The notes under the pieces are model-generated. The model saw nothing but the letters and a program-made list of their open reading frames with translations. It ran no database searches and was not told the origin of the DNA. A DNA stretch of 63,707 bases, the filler included, from Lenisia limosa (lineage: Eukaryota; Protista; Breviatea), in assembly GCA_001655205.1 (NCBI GenBank). It is 17 parts of 17 records of this genome, joined end to end, with 100 filler letters (N's around TTAATTAATTAA, not from the genome) between each part and the next. Parts side by side here need not be neighbours in the genome. Positions count along the whole stretch, not along the records: positions 1 to 2,148 come from LPNZ01002784.1; positions 2,249 to 4,034 come from LPNZ01000456.1; positions 4,135 to 7,599 come from LPNZ01006342.1; positions 7,700 to 13,294 come from LPNZ01006069.1; 13 more parts are not named here. The stretch is one strand, 5' to 3'. Both the position numbers and the translations under genes were made by a program. Shown one piece after another: positions 1 through 13,394 of this stretch; the stretch's first letter is position 1, and the number at the start of each line of letters is the position of its first letter.

Positions 1-44
1 GTGTGTGGGGGGGATGAGAACACCTTGTCACCAAATGTGGTACC

Positions 45-143
45 AAGGGCTTCACTTCGGTTCGAAAAAAGACTGAATTTCTCGATATCTCCTCGAAAAC
101 TATTGATATGTCCCAATTTTTTTCGAACTGAAGTGAAGCCCTA
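45..143. mobile_element. hAT-like MITE family A copy (~99 bp hairpin)
   Basis: TIRs (A)AGGGCTTCACTTCGGTTCGAAAAAA ... TTTTTTCGAACTGAAGTGAAGCCCTA; flanks GTGGTACC / GTTGTAGC (6/8, decayed TSD). Confidence 0.75.
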
Positions 144-433
144 GTTGTAGCTTACTTTTTCACCCAATGACCGGGCCTTGGTGCTGCTGAAGGTTGGAAT
201 ATTACATGTAGTAATAAATTGGGGTAAGGTAATATATGAAGCCAAAAAATGGAGGGGTTGAGAGAGTTCTACTGATATTTAGCTTCTTCTTATGTCAATC
301 GTACCAGGACATATCTCATTAAACTGAAATCCAGTATCTCTGCAATTCTTATTTCTGAGTTTGATTTCTCATCCGTACATCATACATGCAACTACCTTTT
401 TTAAGACAATTAAATAATACATAGAGATACCAT

Positions 434-529
434 TAGGCCTTCACTTCAGTTCGAAAAAAAGACTGAATTTCTCGATAAATCCTCGAAATTATATTTTGCG
501 GGTCTTTTTCGAACCGAAGTGAAGCCCTA
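434..529. mobile_element. hAT-like MITE family A copy with perfect 8-bp TSD
   Basis: TAGGCCTTCACTTCAGTTCGAAAAA ... TTTTTCGAACCGAAGTGAAGCCCTA; GATACCAT at 426-433 and 530-537. Other family copies at about 2790-2830, 3608-3703, 5797-5924, 6837-6934, 14454-14541, 14935-15031, 22343-22438, 25672-25758, 27090-27178, 29920-29988, 33449-33525, 34046-34142, 38160-38195 and 59048-59142. Confidence 0.85.
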
Positions 530-996
530 GATACCATAAACGAATCACCATAAATATCGAGGAGTACCTCACCCCTCACATTAACTACAATATCATATAT
601 ATTGAACATTTCTTCATACTTTTAGATACCCTGACTCAAGAAGTTGGACGACTAAACCGTCGTCTACTCAAGTGGGTGGGTAATTTTTTCATTATTTTTA
701 TTATTGTTATTGGGGGGGGGGGGNNNNNNNNNNNNNNNNNNNNNNNNNNNNNNNNNNNNNNNNNNNNNNNNNNNNNNNNNNNNNNNNNNNNNNNNNNNNN
801 NNNNNNNNNNNNNNNNTTGAAGTTGGGTTTGTATGAGAAATTTGATTTTACTATGATGGGCAATTGTGTTTTATAATAATATAATTTATGACGTGAGAAT
901 TATGCTTTATTATATGACCGAAGAATTATGCTTCACTAGTTCTTTTGAAAATGCTTCGGGGTATGGGTTGTGATGGATATATTTTATGTGTACTTG

Positions 997-1131
997 GGAG
1001 GCACGCAAGAGTTGTAAGGCAAATGATTGGGTGTATTAACATTCTACTATAATTCAATATCTCTTATAAGCGTGATGATGTGGACAGCTTCGGCCAGATA
1101 AAACCTTGTTTTTCATTTCCATTGCTATATA
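997..1131 (+). repeat. Dispersed repeat family D (core GTGGACGGCTTCGGCCAGATACAACC...TTTCTCATTGCTATA)
   Basis: Related copies at about 6115-6165(-), 7020-7142, 7313-7330(-), 7700-7720, 14686-14737, 27185-27250, 30275-30326, 31933-31990, 42095-42150(-), 58742-58830(-) and 61075-61120(-). Confidence 0.7.
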
Positions 1132-1209
1132 CAGTGAGCGGGATAAGTCTTGACCTATTTTCCTTGGGAAATCACAATGAAAATCGGTGAAAACTTATCC
1201 TGGTGACTG
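1132..1209. mobile_element. Tc1/mariner-like MITE family C copy
   Basis: TA|CAGTGAGCGGGATAAGTCTTGAC ... AACTTATCCTGGTGACTG|TA. Further copies at 20571-20647 and about 27913-28006; relatives at about 4330-4355 and 36050-36205. Confidence 0.7.
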
Positions 1210-1475
1210 TATATTATGTGTATTAATGCACTCAATTAATGCCTTCGAAAATGGGAAGTGTGCTTTATTATTTTGGATTGTCACGGGATGCGTAGCGTTT
1301 ACATTTAGGACTTACCTTTAGAACCATTTTAACATCCTTTTGCTCTATTCAAAATTTTCATCATTTTATTCTACTTCCTTAATAAACAGTTACGCATAGT
1401 TTGTTCCCTGTTAATCTACATTCTTTATTAACATTTTGGCAATCCTTTTTCTCCCTTCTTTATCACCGTTTTAGC

Positions 1476-2089
1476 ACGAACCCCGTGTGGCAGAAGCAGC
1501 TTGAATTACAGCAGCAGTGGAAGCAACTAGAAGTAACTGGGACATGTTCTTGTTTTTATGTAAATAAAAACGATATGATATGTTAATTTATTTGATACAT
1601 TTCGGTTATACATTTCAGGATTCTCTGGACGCATCCCTTCAGAGATCCATAATGTTCACTCAAAAAATCAAAGCTGGTGGACAAGGTTGGGGGGGGGGGT
1701 GGCGTTTTGAAAACCATAGTAATGAAAAATTCCAAATACGCCAAAATATACAAAAAAAAATTGCCAAAAAAAACCCTAATATCTATAAAAAATACGCTAA
1801 TGGCCGAAAGATCTCTCATAAACAATTTTATTTTTTCGTTCCTATGCCATGTGAATTTAAGATAATGCTATTTATACAGTTATTTAGCAGCTTAAACCCT
1901 ATTTACAGATCTTGAAGAAGTTCTTTGGTTCTGAAAGTGAATAGTGTGCTCTTAGGTCCTGTCTATAATACGCCTAAAATATGCCAAAATGCAACTTTCA
2001 CCAAGCCAGCTGTTGTGGGTACGTCTCCGGAAGCAGTCCTACGTGCGCGTGTGCGCGAACTTGAGCGTGAAGTCGCAATTGCACGTGCA
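1476..2089 (+). CDS. Hypothetical multi-exon protein fragment
   Basis: GC-richer segments bounded by AG/GT sites (TNPVWQKQLELQQQWKQLE; DSLDASLQRSIMFTQKIKA; a last segment ending GCAAG|GTGAG). No family recognised; frame continuity not established. Confidence 0.3.
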
Positions 2090-2148
2090 AGGTGAGTGGC
2101 ACTGACTTGGGGGGATGGGAGTGCTTGAGGAGGGGGTGTGAGGTATGT

Positions 2149-2248
2149 NNNNNNNNNNNNNNNNNNNNNNNNNNNNNNNNNNNNNNNNNNNNTTAATTAA
2201 TTAANNNNNNNNNNNNNNNNNNNNNNNNNNNNNNNNNNNNNNNNNNNN
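2149..2248. other. Artificial contig-joining spacer (44 N + TTAATTAATTAA + 44 N)
   Basis: The 12-mer has stops in all six frames and recurs at 2193, 4079, 7644, 13339, 21717, 23517, 27537, 29032, 32352, 36735, 38928, 40830, 57933, 59226, 60994 and 62504, each time between N-runs. Confidence 0.97.
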
Positions 2249-2874
2249 CATCCGGGACCAGCGGACCAAAAGGCCGGAGTGCTCAATGCCAATTGTCTGG
2301 CAGAAAATATGTCGGTCATTCTCGGCCACGCCAAGGTAGACCCGATCGAGGGGAGCAGCTACGACATCATATCAGTTAGAATTTATGAACAACAATCGCT
2401 GGAAATTGGGGTTTTGGGTAAGCTCATATTCTGTGATACAAGCGAACCCCCCAATGGCAATATCTTATGATATAGGGTGTGTACTCAGGAGCTGTATAGA
2501 CATGCACCTCCTGGTGGTAGTAGGCGTTCTTCCTCTCACATCTCAAAACAACGAGTACTAGCGTACTATCTACCAAACAATACCCCATTTTTTATATGTC
2601 CAAGAAAAGAAAAAATAAAAACCATCAAAAAGCAAACAAACCAAGCCCCGCCAACCTGACCAACCACCAAGGGGTGAGACACACTCCACCTCCTCCGCTC
2701 CGTAGAAGCAGGGTGAAGTCACAAACGCACTCGAAAGCAGCTAAGACCGTCAGATTATCAGCAGTGAATCTCTCCCAAAATAAACATTCGAAAAATCAAC
2801 TAGTCTTTTTCGGACCGAAGTGAAGTCCTAGTCTATGATATGTCCAACTCTCTACTCTCTATGCCCCCCCCTCC

Positions 2875-3902
2875 CTACAGCTCTGTAGCAGTCCCATTGA
2901 GACTTGGAAGTTGCGGAGAAAAAGTCAGACGTGCGTGGGAGGGTTCTGCTTTCAGGTTCTTTCTCATCATCGCTGTCCTGTATTCTGTATTAGGGTTGAA
3001 ATAGTGGGAAAACCACTCTGACAACCCCTCCGATTCCTCGCCAGCTGTGAACCAAATTGCAACACACACATTAATAACAATCTGAGAGTGAATCAGAGTT
3101 GCCGAAGCCGCCCGTACTATGATATGCAAATATAAGTATGTTTTATAATTCAAGAATAAATATACCGAAAGATCCGACTGGGAATGAGCATAGGGCACAG
3201 AAGACGATTCTGGCATTTCCTGAAGAATGTCAACGTTTTCCAATGATTGAATATAATCCCCCTCAGGCAATGGAATACCCTCTCTCTCTCTCTCCGTCAG
3301 CTTACATAATCAGCCTGAAACACGACCATTTTGCTTGCAGCTGAGGGGCAGAACTGTGTGACCACCCCAGACAAAACGCTATACACCAGCTCGGGTATCA
3401 CATACGGGGTGGGTGGAGGCGGACCCGGTGCTACCCCCTTTGAGGTCAAAAAAGAGACCTTTTCACATATCATGGTCAAGAATATGTGACATGATGTATA
3501 TATTTGTAGTATATATATATATAGCAATATATTATATGAGATAGTATATACATGTATATATGCATATATGATATACTATGCATAAATATGGAGGGAAGAG
3601 AAGAGGCTAGGGCTTCACTCCGGTTCGAAACAAAAAGACTGAATTTCTCGATAAATCCTCAAAATTATTGATATTTTATCGGGCGAACCGAAATAAAGCC
3701 CTATCTCCACCCCCTAATTACCCAAAAAGACTGGAATTCTTGATACAGCCCCGTGTGTATATATTTTCTGAATATTCCGGACGGGAGCCTCCATACCACA
3801 TAGTCCAATTTGGTTTTGGAGTCATCAAGATGGTCCGTTATCTTGGTATAGAGAGGAATGAGGGTCTTCGAATCCACCAGCGTCTCTGAAGCTTTCCTAA
3901 AG
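2875..3902 (-). CDS. Hypothetical multi-exon protein (3' part)
   Basis: Spliceable exons KASETLVDSKTLIPLYTKITDHLDDSKTKLDYV | GPPPPTPYVIPELV...QADY | IQSLENVDILQEMP...DLS | ...EWFSHYFNP...TATEL*, with GT donors (GTATGG, GTAAG, GTATA). A family A MITE lies in an intron at 3608-3703. Confidence 0.45.
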
Positions 3903-4657
3903 AGTGAGTGAGGGGAATTTCGTTTTTGGCAACTCAAATCAAAGGAACAATGAGACGAAATAAATCATTTCTTAATTTATGAATTTATGAATTTAAACAC
4001 AGAACAGAGTTATACATTATCATCCGAAGCCTCCNNNNNNNNNNNNNNNNNNNNNNNNNNNNNNNNNNNNNNNNNNNNTTAATTAATTAANNNNNNNNNN
4101 NNNNNNNNNNNNNNNNNNNNNNNNNNNNNNNNNNCTCGCACAACGCTGGCGCTTTTCGCCAACTGGATGCAGCAGGCCTAGGCCCCATGTTCAGGTGTTT
4201 CATATTTAATGTTGTTTCCCCAATACACTAGTAGGTTTAGTCAAACCGGATGCTAATATCATATGTATAAGATGTTACACAATATCGATATACATAAGTT
4301 CTGAAATGATTGACATAAAGCTCAATATCTGTCGGGACTTATCGCGGTCAGTGATAGAGATTTATATCATATGTACATATATAAATGAAATGGTTGATAA
4401 CATCAAAACGCTTAGAGGAGGAAGAGTAGTTTATCTTACAGCAACCCAAGTAGGCATTGCGCCTTGCGAAACACGCTTGCCCAAAGCTGCGGAGTAGTCG
4501 CCTTCGGTGTAGTAAGTGGAAGAACCGGTCACGTATGTCGACCCGGCACTCAAGTTTTTGCAATAACCAACCTACAGAGTGAAACCTCTCGGGTCAATTC
4601 TTAGGCGTAAAATAGCGTTTTATAAAGAATTTATCGATTCAGTCTGTTTTGTGCTAG

Positions 4658-4790
4658 ACTACGGCGCATCGACTTGGGATTGAAACCCATTAAGTTTCTT
4701 CTGATTTCCATAAAATTATTATGGGATTCCCAAGAAAATACTGGGAATTCCAACATGTTTACAAAAATCCCAAGTCAATGCGCCGTAGTG
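4658..4790. mobile_element. CACTA-like MITE family B copy
   Basis: TIRs ACTACGGCGCATCGACTTGGGA ... TCCCAAGTCAATGCGCCGTAGTG. A second copy in the opposite orientation at 39968-40090 begins CACTAC. Confidence 0.65.
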
Positions 4791-7532
4791 TAGTTGAGAT
4801 GTGGGGATAAGATAAAAACAGGATTATCTATGGCGAGATAATTGTGTTCATACATGTATATAAGCCATCATATGAAGGTATTGTGAATCAACGACAAAAC
4901 AGATACTCCTTTCGGGTTTACTGTCTAAATCGTTTATCCATCCCCACGTAACACCCGTGTGCATCCGAGTTTCTCATAACCGCAGGGAGGTAACAGTGCC
5001 CTCCTTCAGTACTCTGCAAGGCAAGCCCAATACCTGTATCATGTTAAGAAGAGTCAAACTACATTGTAGAGGCAACGCTGTCTCAATGAGCAGTCGCCGG
5101 CACTGAATATCCCCTTTTCCCCCTTGCCATTTTTATTATTATTATTGGGAAAAGTATCATTCTTCGTGTAATAATGTTTAAAAAATTATAAGACGAAGTT
5201 TCAAATCCGACAACAATATTCAAATTAGGATGGTGATAAGATTTCTGCAGATCATATATTACACACACATACATGTATATCATATGTATTTTTCTTGTTT
5301 CCCATAGTTGTTGAGCCATATCCACAAGTGATATGATCATATGACGCTATTGAGTCGAAATGAACGAAGATATCACGAGGGCTATGAGACTTATCGTTCA
5401 ATTATCACATGAGTGGATAAGAGGTATCACTGCGTGGAAAATGATAGTTCCATGAAAAAAAAAAATCCAAAAAGTGATAGTAAAGATATACTATTACTGG
5501 TATCAAAAGTGATACACCAGTAAGAAGGCAGCTTACCACCAGCTCAAAAAGTAAAAATAAAAAGATAAACATGTGTAGAAATAAGAAAGAAAAGCAGTGA
5601 ACACCGGCTCGTTTATAATAGATCTTATATCACTGCGAGGAATATTAATGAGTCTTCTTTAGCTTACCGCCAGCGACGTTATCTCTTCTGCTTCCAACAA
5701 GAGTCTTGTCTTCAACGTACATGCGCAGACCGTACTGCTTCCGTGGGGTCTGGGGGCGGGGGGTGAGGGACTTGAGGGAGGGGTGCTGATTGGCATTCCC
5801 AACGGTCCAAGAAGATCATCAAAATATCGAAAATTTACGAAGATCTATCGAGAAATTCAGTTTTTTTGTACCTCGAAAACTACCGATATTTTAACGGTCT
5901 TTTTCGAACTGAAGCGAAGCCCTAGTTAATATCATATATCCCAATAAATATCATATATATCCGTCTTTTGGTACCTAAAGTCCACCCACCTCAACGGGGG
6001 AAAAGAAGGCTTCAGTAAGCACATGGGAGAAGCTGGAAGGCTGGACGGGATTGAAGGCTTCACTGTGCACGTAGCCTGAGGGAACCTGGGAGACTCATTA
6101 AAAGCCGGAGAGATGGAATGGAAGTGAGAAAAAAACAGGGTTGTATCAGGCCGAAGCCAACCACACTTGCGAACCGGAGTGAAGCCCTTGCACCCCCAAC
6201 CTTGAAGCCATACACATCAAGACCGTCCTCGAATCCCATCAGAATCTCTGTGGGCTCGTTTTTCAGCAGCCTGCGGATTAGAGGTTGGTAAGGTGCATTG
6301 TGGATCAATTACAGTAGCTTTTCACCTCTTTCGAATGATTCAAGTTTGGACAGGGTTTTACTTCTGCTCAAATACACCATTTCTGGCAAATCATATTTAT
6401 TCCGTTTTGGGGAAAGAGTGAAACAAAAAAGCATCAAGATTTCCGAAGAGATGGCAATAAAACAGCCGAAGCCGTCCCCACCATCATGCTTATAAGAGAT
6501 ATTGGATCACAGCTTTCCAACAAGGATATGTAGATAAAGCCCCATCACCTCAAAGGAATGGAGAACATTTCGCTGCTCGATCTCGAGTGGCTAGTCTGCA
6601 ATTGGGTTAATCTCATCTTAAAACTAAAATAAATAATATACGTGAATCTCACATTTTGTCAACAAAATAGCAATAAAGAATCAATTGCCCAAAACCCTAT
6701 TAATTTGGCCGCAGTCAGTATGATCTTTTAGTCCCAAAGAAATGCTCACCGCTAAATGGTAGTCCCAAAGCCAGGTGCTTGGTGGGTACCTAGACAATTA
6801 GATCACAAAATAGAGTAACGAATTGAAGGGGGTACCAAGGGCTTCACTTCAGTTCAGAAAATATCAGTAAAACATCAAATTTTCAAGTATTTATCGTAAA
6901 ATTCAGTCGTTTTTTGAACCGAAGTGAAACCCTAAACATGTAATGGGATGTTGTGTATTTTGAATAGTATGGTAAGCTTTGCGTTCAGGGGCATAATAAC
7001 TTTAATACAGTATGCTGCGGAGACACGCAGAAAGCTGTGTGCACAGAGTTGTAAGGCTAATCATTGGTGAATTATCATTATACTAAAATGGTGTCGACGG
7101 CTTCGGCCAGATACATATTTTGTATTTCTCATTGCTATATATAATACAATACCATACCACCAACTGACGAGACTCAATAGCTGCTGTACACCGACTGCGA
7201 AAAGGGTTTATTGAGAAATTAAACAATTATGAAAGAAGCCCTTATCTACCTAGCGCTCCCAGAAAAGTAAAGATCCTCGAGAAATCCTCGAAGAATATCG
7301 ATTTTTTAACTGTTGTATCTGGCCGAAGCTTAATTTAATCAAAGAAATAATATAAAGCAACAACGACAGCACCCACATTGCCACAGCTTTGCCAATCACC
7401 ATCCATCCGCCGCCAAAGTAGTCCTAAAATGTCAGTCAAATTGACGAAAACCGCTCAAGAAACTGAAAATGGAACACCCCCTTTTATCAATAATAGTCCC
7501 CTCTCCCCCCACATACATACCCCTCATAGAAC

Positions 7533-7599
7533 CCCCTCGCCCACATCAATAGTAAACATTGACAGGCCACCCACATCAATAGTAAACATTGACAGGCCA
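7533..7599. repeat. 30-bp tandem repeat (CCCACATCAATAGTAAACATTGACAGGCCA)x2, truncated by contig end
   Basis: Direct duplication visible in the sequence. Confidence 0.8.
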
Positions 7600-7851
7600 N
7601 NNNNNNNNNNNNNNNNNNNNNNNNNNNNNNNNNNNNNNNNNNNTTAATTAATTAANNNNNNNNNNNNNNNNNNNNNNNNNNNNNNNNNNNNNNNNNNNNT
7701 CGGCCAGATACAACTTTGTTTTTTTCCTTCTCATTTCTTTCTTTCATTGTACAATAAATGAACAAGTCACATACAGTCAAAATCAGTTTTAAGTGTGTGA
7801 TGGCTGATGTTGTTACCATTTTCCTTGCACAACCAGGCTCTCACCCCCTAG

Positions 7852-10800
7852 TTACAACATGATCTTGAGGAACAGGTTCAGACTAACACCACGCTTCTGG
7901 CTGAAAATACTCACAGACAAGTGGAACTGAAGGTGCGTGCATCCCCCCCCCCCCCCCCCCCCNNNNNNNNNNNNNNNNNNNNNNNNNNNNNNNNNNNNNN
8001 NNNNNNNNNNNNNNNNNNNNNNNNNNNNNNNNNNNNNNNNNNNNNNNNNNNNNNNNNNNNNNNNNNNNNNNNNNNNNNNNNNNNNNNNNNNNNNNNNNNN
8101 AAGAAGATCAAGGTACGTTTGGCATTGTGTCCAACCTTGATACACTCAATTCTAAGTAGCATTTTCTATGGGGCATTATTTCAACATCCTCCATTAATTC
8201 GGTTCACTTTGTAGTCTTCTGAGGACCAAAAGCTCGAAATTGAGAAGGAGAAAGATCGCTATCGTGGCCAAATGGCTGCACTTCAGAGAGAGGTGAGGTT
8301 ATAATCTTTGTTGGTTTGAATACACCACATAACCCATTTGCCATATTTGCCCATGACCTTGTCCCACAACTCACGGTACAGGTGGAGTCCTTCAAGCGCC
8401 AGGCTGAGACTGACGCGAAGACTATCGATGATCTGCTTCGAGCCAGAGACTTGCTCAATAAGAACCTCCTCAAGGCTGCCGGTTCTACACAGAAGCAGAG
8501 TGACCTGGTGGGAACTGCTTTTTCGGATATTCTTGTCTTTGAGCAATTTTCGACCAAGACTGATTTCGACTTTGATATGTGTAATAACTGGGTAGGTCAA
8601 AATCAACGAAAACACGAAGCGCCACTTAGAGGCTGAGGTATCGTCGTACAAACATGAGGTTGATAAGCAGAGGAAGGTTTGTGGCTCTGTTGAAGTGATA
8701 ATTGGACACGACCAGAGTTCTGCTTAAATTATTCTTTGGAAACAAATGGTGTTCACTTCTTTACGATTATAGTTGATTACACAACTTGAGAAAGAAAGAG
8801 AGAAGTACAATGGAGAAGCTGCTGATGCGAATCAAAAGTACCTCCATGGTTTGCTTTGGTTGTATGTATGTAGTACTCTTTTCTGTTCGAGCTAGTGACT
8901 GACTGCTACAGCATTGGAGGAAGTCAAGGTTCGCGAAATGCAGGTGTTGGACCTCAATAAGAAGATTGCTGAGGCCGAAACCAAACTCAAACAGCAACAG
9001 GTGAACAAGAGCGATAGCCTTGATGTGAATTAAGATCAAAGATATTACTGTTTTGTTTGTCTCTCCCAGCATGGACTATTTGTTCTCTCTCATCTCCATT
9101 CTAGAACCTGTATGAGCAAGTGAGAAGTGATAGAAATCTATACTCCAAGAACCTCATTGAGAGCCAAGATGAAATCTCTGAAATGAAGAGGAAGTTCAAG
9201 ATCCTCAACCACCAGGTCAGCCGTTATTGCCTGGATTAAAACCAGCCCTACAGTTTTCTTTTTTGAATTAACTATTATTGATTCAGAACTTTGTTTCTGC
9301 TGAAAATTTTCATGTTATTTCGTTTTTTCACAATAGGCCAAAGAAGGTCCCAGGTGCCTCTACCCCTGACTGGTTTAGATCGAGCAACTGAAGGAAGAAA
9401 TCTCTGCCAAGGATCACGGTAGGAGGGCCATGCTCACGGTGCTGGATGTTCAGTAGTATCATCTGATTACACTATGGGACCGTTCTAAGGTTAACTTCTT
9501 AGCCCTTGTGAAGGAGCACTTCGACCACATGAAGGTTGAAAAGGAGAAAGAAAGTCTCAGAGCTGAGGTGGGTTGCTCCCCTAGTTGCTGGTATTTGCGA
9601 TTGATTATTTTTTAGATAATAATCTTGAATCTTGTTTACCCATCCAGGTCACTCGCATCAAGCAACAGATCAACATGGCGGACCAAACCGTCAAGAGCCA
9701 GCAGGCAGAGGTGCGATGCGTTCTGGTTGCAATTGAGCCCATTATTGATCCAAAGGACGGACCCTTTTATTGACGTTTCCATTTAATGGCACTCACTCTT
9801 CAGGTCCACAAGCTGAACCACATCATTAATGAAGCCGACTCTGAGCGAGTTCGACAGAAGAAGGAATACGACACTGTCATCAATGAAAGAGTGGGGGGGG
9901 GGGNNNNNNNNNNNNNNNNNNNNNNNNNNNNNNNNNNNNNNNNNNNNNNNNNNNNNNNNNNNNNNNNNNNNCAGTTCACATATGAGACAAGCTAACCATC
10001 CAGGATATTCTCGGAACTCAGCTCATCCGTCGAAATGATGAATTGGCGCTTCTCTACGAGAAAATCAAAATCCAACAATCCATCCTTAGCAAGGGCTCAG
10101 TCCAGGTGAGATGAAGGGCGATCATATCTTGATAACTGCACCAAATCACATTTCGCTGAATCGTTTTGATTTTGATGACACCATAGTATCGCGAACGGAT
10201 GGAGGACATTCGTCTCCTTAAAAATAAAATCAACGATCTCAAGCGCGAAATCCACGTCATTAAAGTAAGCCTGGGGTATTCAAGTGCATGCTACCAACGT
10301 TTCCATCGTACACGCATTTACAACGCTTATCCACTAACTCTTCAGTCTTCTGCCACTCATGTCGATAACCTGAAGAATGAGGTATACCATCTACAGCGTG
10401 AATTACTGCAGGAGCGAACTAAGGTCAAGGCTCTTTCGGGTGAGTTGTACAGATATGATATGATTTAGCCCCACCCCCACCCGTACGTCAGTCTTGCCCT
10501 TTCATCCTTTTCTTTGACCCCAATAAGTAGCAAACTTTCTAACACCCCAGAGGAACTTGAGAACCCTATGAACATCCACAGATGGCGCAAGCTGGAAGGA
10601 TCCGACCCCGCGTATGCTGAGAGATTTGAGACTAACTGAAACTCTGTCATTTGTAATTACGTTATCATGAATATTAATAATCCCAGAACATACGAGCTCA
10701 TTCAGAAGATACAAACCCTGCAAAAGCGTCTTATTGCCAAGACTGAGGAGGTAAGTGTTATTGGATTGGTTTGGGTGGGTAGGCCTCTTGCTCTTTTGTA

Positions 10801-11640
10801 TTCATATCGACCTTGTTTTTTTTTTGTAAAAAAAACTTAAGAGTGCCTGAGGTGCTTAGCCTGATGAGCTTATTTAGGGATTTTGTTTTATCAATATCCT
10901 TACCCCCCCCCCCACAGGTAGTCGAGAAGGATCTGCAGATTGTTGAGAAGGAGAAGGTGTACATGGAGGTGAAGGCAATGTTGGCGAGACAACCCGGGCC
11001 GGAAGTGGCTGAACAGGTTGGTTGAATATACTCTTCTCTTTGGGCTTCTAATATGCATTTGATATTCCCTGTTTACGGTCACCAGGTTAACGTCTACAAG
11101 TCCCAACTCAAGGAAAAGACAAAACAGCTCAAGGTAAGGCCTGCTCTGTTTTTATTTGTGAAGCGTTCTGTTTTTTTCTTTACTTCTCTACCCCTGCCTA
11201 TTACTTTTCCCAAATGATCCCCCCCCCCCCNNNNNNNNNNNNNNNNNNNNNNNNNNNNNNNNNNNNNNNNNNNNNNNNNNNNNNNNNNNNNNNNNNNNNN
11301 NNNNNNNNNNNNNNTACAAGTTTGAGATTGAGCGGGTGGAGCGTGACCTGGACAGTCTCAAGCGCAAGTACTATGCCCAAAGGAGGAAAGAACAAATTCG
11401 GAAGTGGGAGGGGGATTATTCATTTATTCTTGCTCTTTTACTGAAGTCTTCATTTCAAATATCAAGCATAGTTCTCTTATCATCCTTTTCGGGGCTTTAT
11501 TATTTCTCATTCCCAGGGACCGCGATGCCGCTGAAAAGGGGAGCGGAGAAATCGTGCCGACGGCTCCTGCGGGCCCAAGATATGCGGGTGGTGGCTTCCT
11601 TCTCAACCAGTCTTCTCGCGATAGATCGGCTGAGATCTAA
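7852..11640 (+). CDS. CFAP58: Cilia- and flagella-associated protein 58 (CCDC147), multi-exon, 5'-truncated
   Basis: About 20 short exons with GT-AG introns encode family motifs NLYEQVRSDRNLYSKNLIESQDEISEMKRKFKILNHQ, DILGTQLIRRNDELALLYEKIKIQQS, LENPMNIHRWRKLEGSDP, YELIQKIQTLQKRL, LARQPGPEVAEQ and the terminal PRYAGGGFLL...SAEI* (TAA 11638-11640). Confidence 0.93.
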
Positions 11641-11836
11641 GAGCATATTGTCTTATCTTTAGTTTTTTTTCTGTAGTTTACCCCCCCCCCCTCTGTGCTT
11701 TTGTATAATGTAATAATTAATGGTTTCCCCACTTCCGAACTCCCTGAGACACATCAGGGAGACATTAATGGTACATTAAATAACAGCATTGATCTTGACG
11801 CTGATTCGAAAGAAACAAAACTATTGTGGAAACTAC

Positions 11837-13293
11837 TTAGTCTTCCTCAACATCCATGGTGCTCTCATCCTTCTTCTCTTTTTCTTCATTTGCCTTCTCT
11901 TCCTTTTTCTTCTTCTCGGCTTCTTTTTTCTTTTTCTCCTCTTCCTTCTTATCCTTCTCCATTGATGCAATTTCAGCCTGCTTCTTCTCATGTTGAATGA
12001 GGGATTGTTTGTTCTTCACAAGTTCATAAACAGCTAACACTGACCTACAAGAGTCAACATTCGTTCATACCCATGTGTCACCTTATTATTGCCATACACG
12101 ACCCAAACTTGAAGATGGATGATATATAAATCATGGTCATATTGTCAGCAGTGGCCTCGTTAAGGGCTTCTGAGATTTCGGGTGCGAGAACGTTGGGAAG
12201 AAGATTGAAGATTTCCTGGCAATGTAAGAGATATTGATAATTGGAAACAAAATGTGCTGGAAATGCCGTGGTCAAAAAAGTCAATTCATATATCATATGA
12301 TATGTAATACACCACAAGTTCCAAACATGGAGGCTTAACCGTAAAAACCCACCTGGATAGAACGAAGGATCTCTTGGCGAATCGGCAGTTTGCCAGCTAA
12401 CACATCACTCAGATAAACGACAATATCCTAAAGAGTAAGCTCTTGTTTTTCAAGTTCTACTAATGCATTGGGAGAGAACCTCTACCCCTCCAACAGAAAG
12501 CTTCTCCCCAAGGCCATTGAGCGAGGCCACTTGATCATGGATCTGCTGTGAGAGTCTATAAAGTCATAAATATCATATAGTTATATATAGTATATATATA
12601 TATATATCAGATACTATATATCATATACAAATGAGCTTTTCAAAACAAAAAATATCACAAGAAGGATAAAACAACAAAACAGACAATATTTTTTTAATCT
12701 GATAATAGAATGCAACAACAAAAAAAGGAAACTTGTATTTGTGTCCATTTAAGGCACATGCGAGGGGTTTTGAAACAAAAAAAAAACAAGCCGGTCGAGT
12801 CTGCAGTAATGTCGGTAGTTCAGTATACAAAGAAGGAAAATGNNNNNNNNNNNNNNNNNNNNNNNNNNNNNNNNNNNNNNNNNNNNNNNNNNNNNNNNNN
12901 NNNNNNNNNNNNNNNNNNNNNNNNNNNNNNNNNNNNNNNNNNNNNNNNNNNNNNNNNNNNNNNNNNNNNNNNNNNNNNNNNNNNNNNNNNNNNNNNNNNN
13001 ACTGGAACAAAACTGTAGTCTTCTTGGCCGTTCTGCTCTGTCATCTCTTTGATCCGAAGAGCCCATATCAGACAAACAATGGTGTATCAGACCAGTGTAA
13101 AGATATTTCAGGAGAGCCTACCTCGTCAACTTCAAGCTTTGCCGCGTAGGCTTCGGTTGGAACGCCGGTGTCGCAAGGCCGAACATCTGCAACAACCTAG
13201 GGTGGTGAAGGGCGCTTGAAGGGATACCGGCAGAGCAGAATGTAGCATACCAGGACAGGCTCCGGGGTAAAGCGTCTCAGAACTTCGTGTACC
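11837..13293 (-). CDS. RPN8: 26S proteasome regulatory subunit RPN8/PSMD7 (MPN family), 5'-truncated
   Basis: Exons VHEVLRRFTPEPVL | VVADVRPCDTGVPTEAY...EVDE | SQQIHDQVASLNGLGEKL | DIVVYLSDVLAGKLPIRQEIL | QEIFNLLPNV...DNMTMIYISS | RSVLAVYELVKNK plus a Lys/Glu-rich tail match the Rpn8/PSMD7 architecture as recalled. Confidence 0.85.
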
Positions 13294-13394
13294 TNNNNNN
13301 NNNNNNNNNNNNNNNNNNNNNNNNNNNNNNNNNNNNNNTTAATTAATTAANNNNNNNNNNNNNNNNNNNNNNNNNNNNNNNNNNNNNNNNNNNN

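Noticed and set aside
54-75. tRNA T-loop or B-box-like GGTTCGA in family A (tRNA-derived SINE?)
   Set aside because: No cloverleaf or A-box. The motif is part of a TIR, and 8-bp TSDs indicate a DNA transposon.
2193-2204. TTAATTAATTAA as a biological motif (piggyBac target or regulatory site)
   Set aside because: It is always centred in N-runs of the same layout, so it is an assembly linker.
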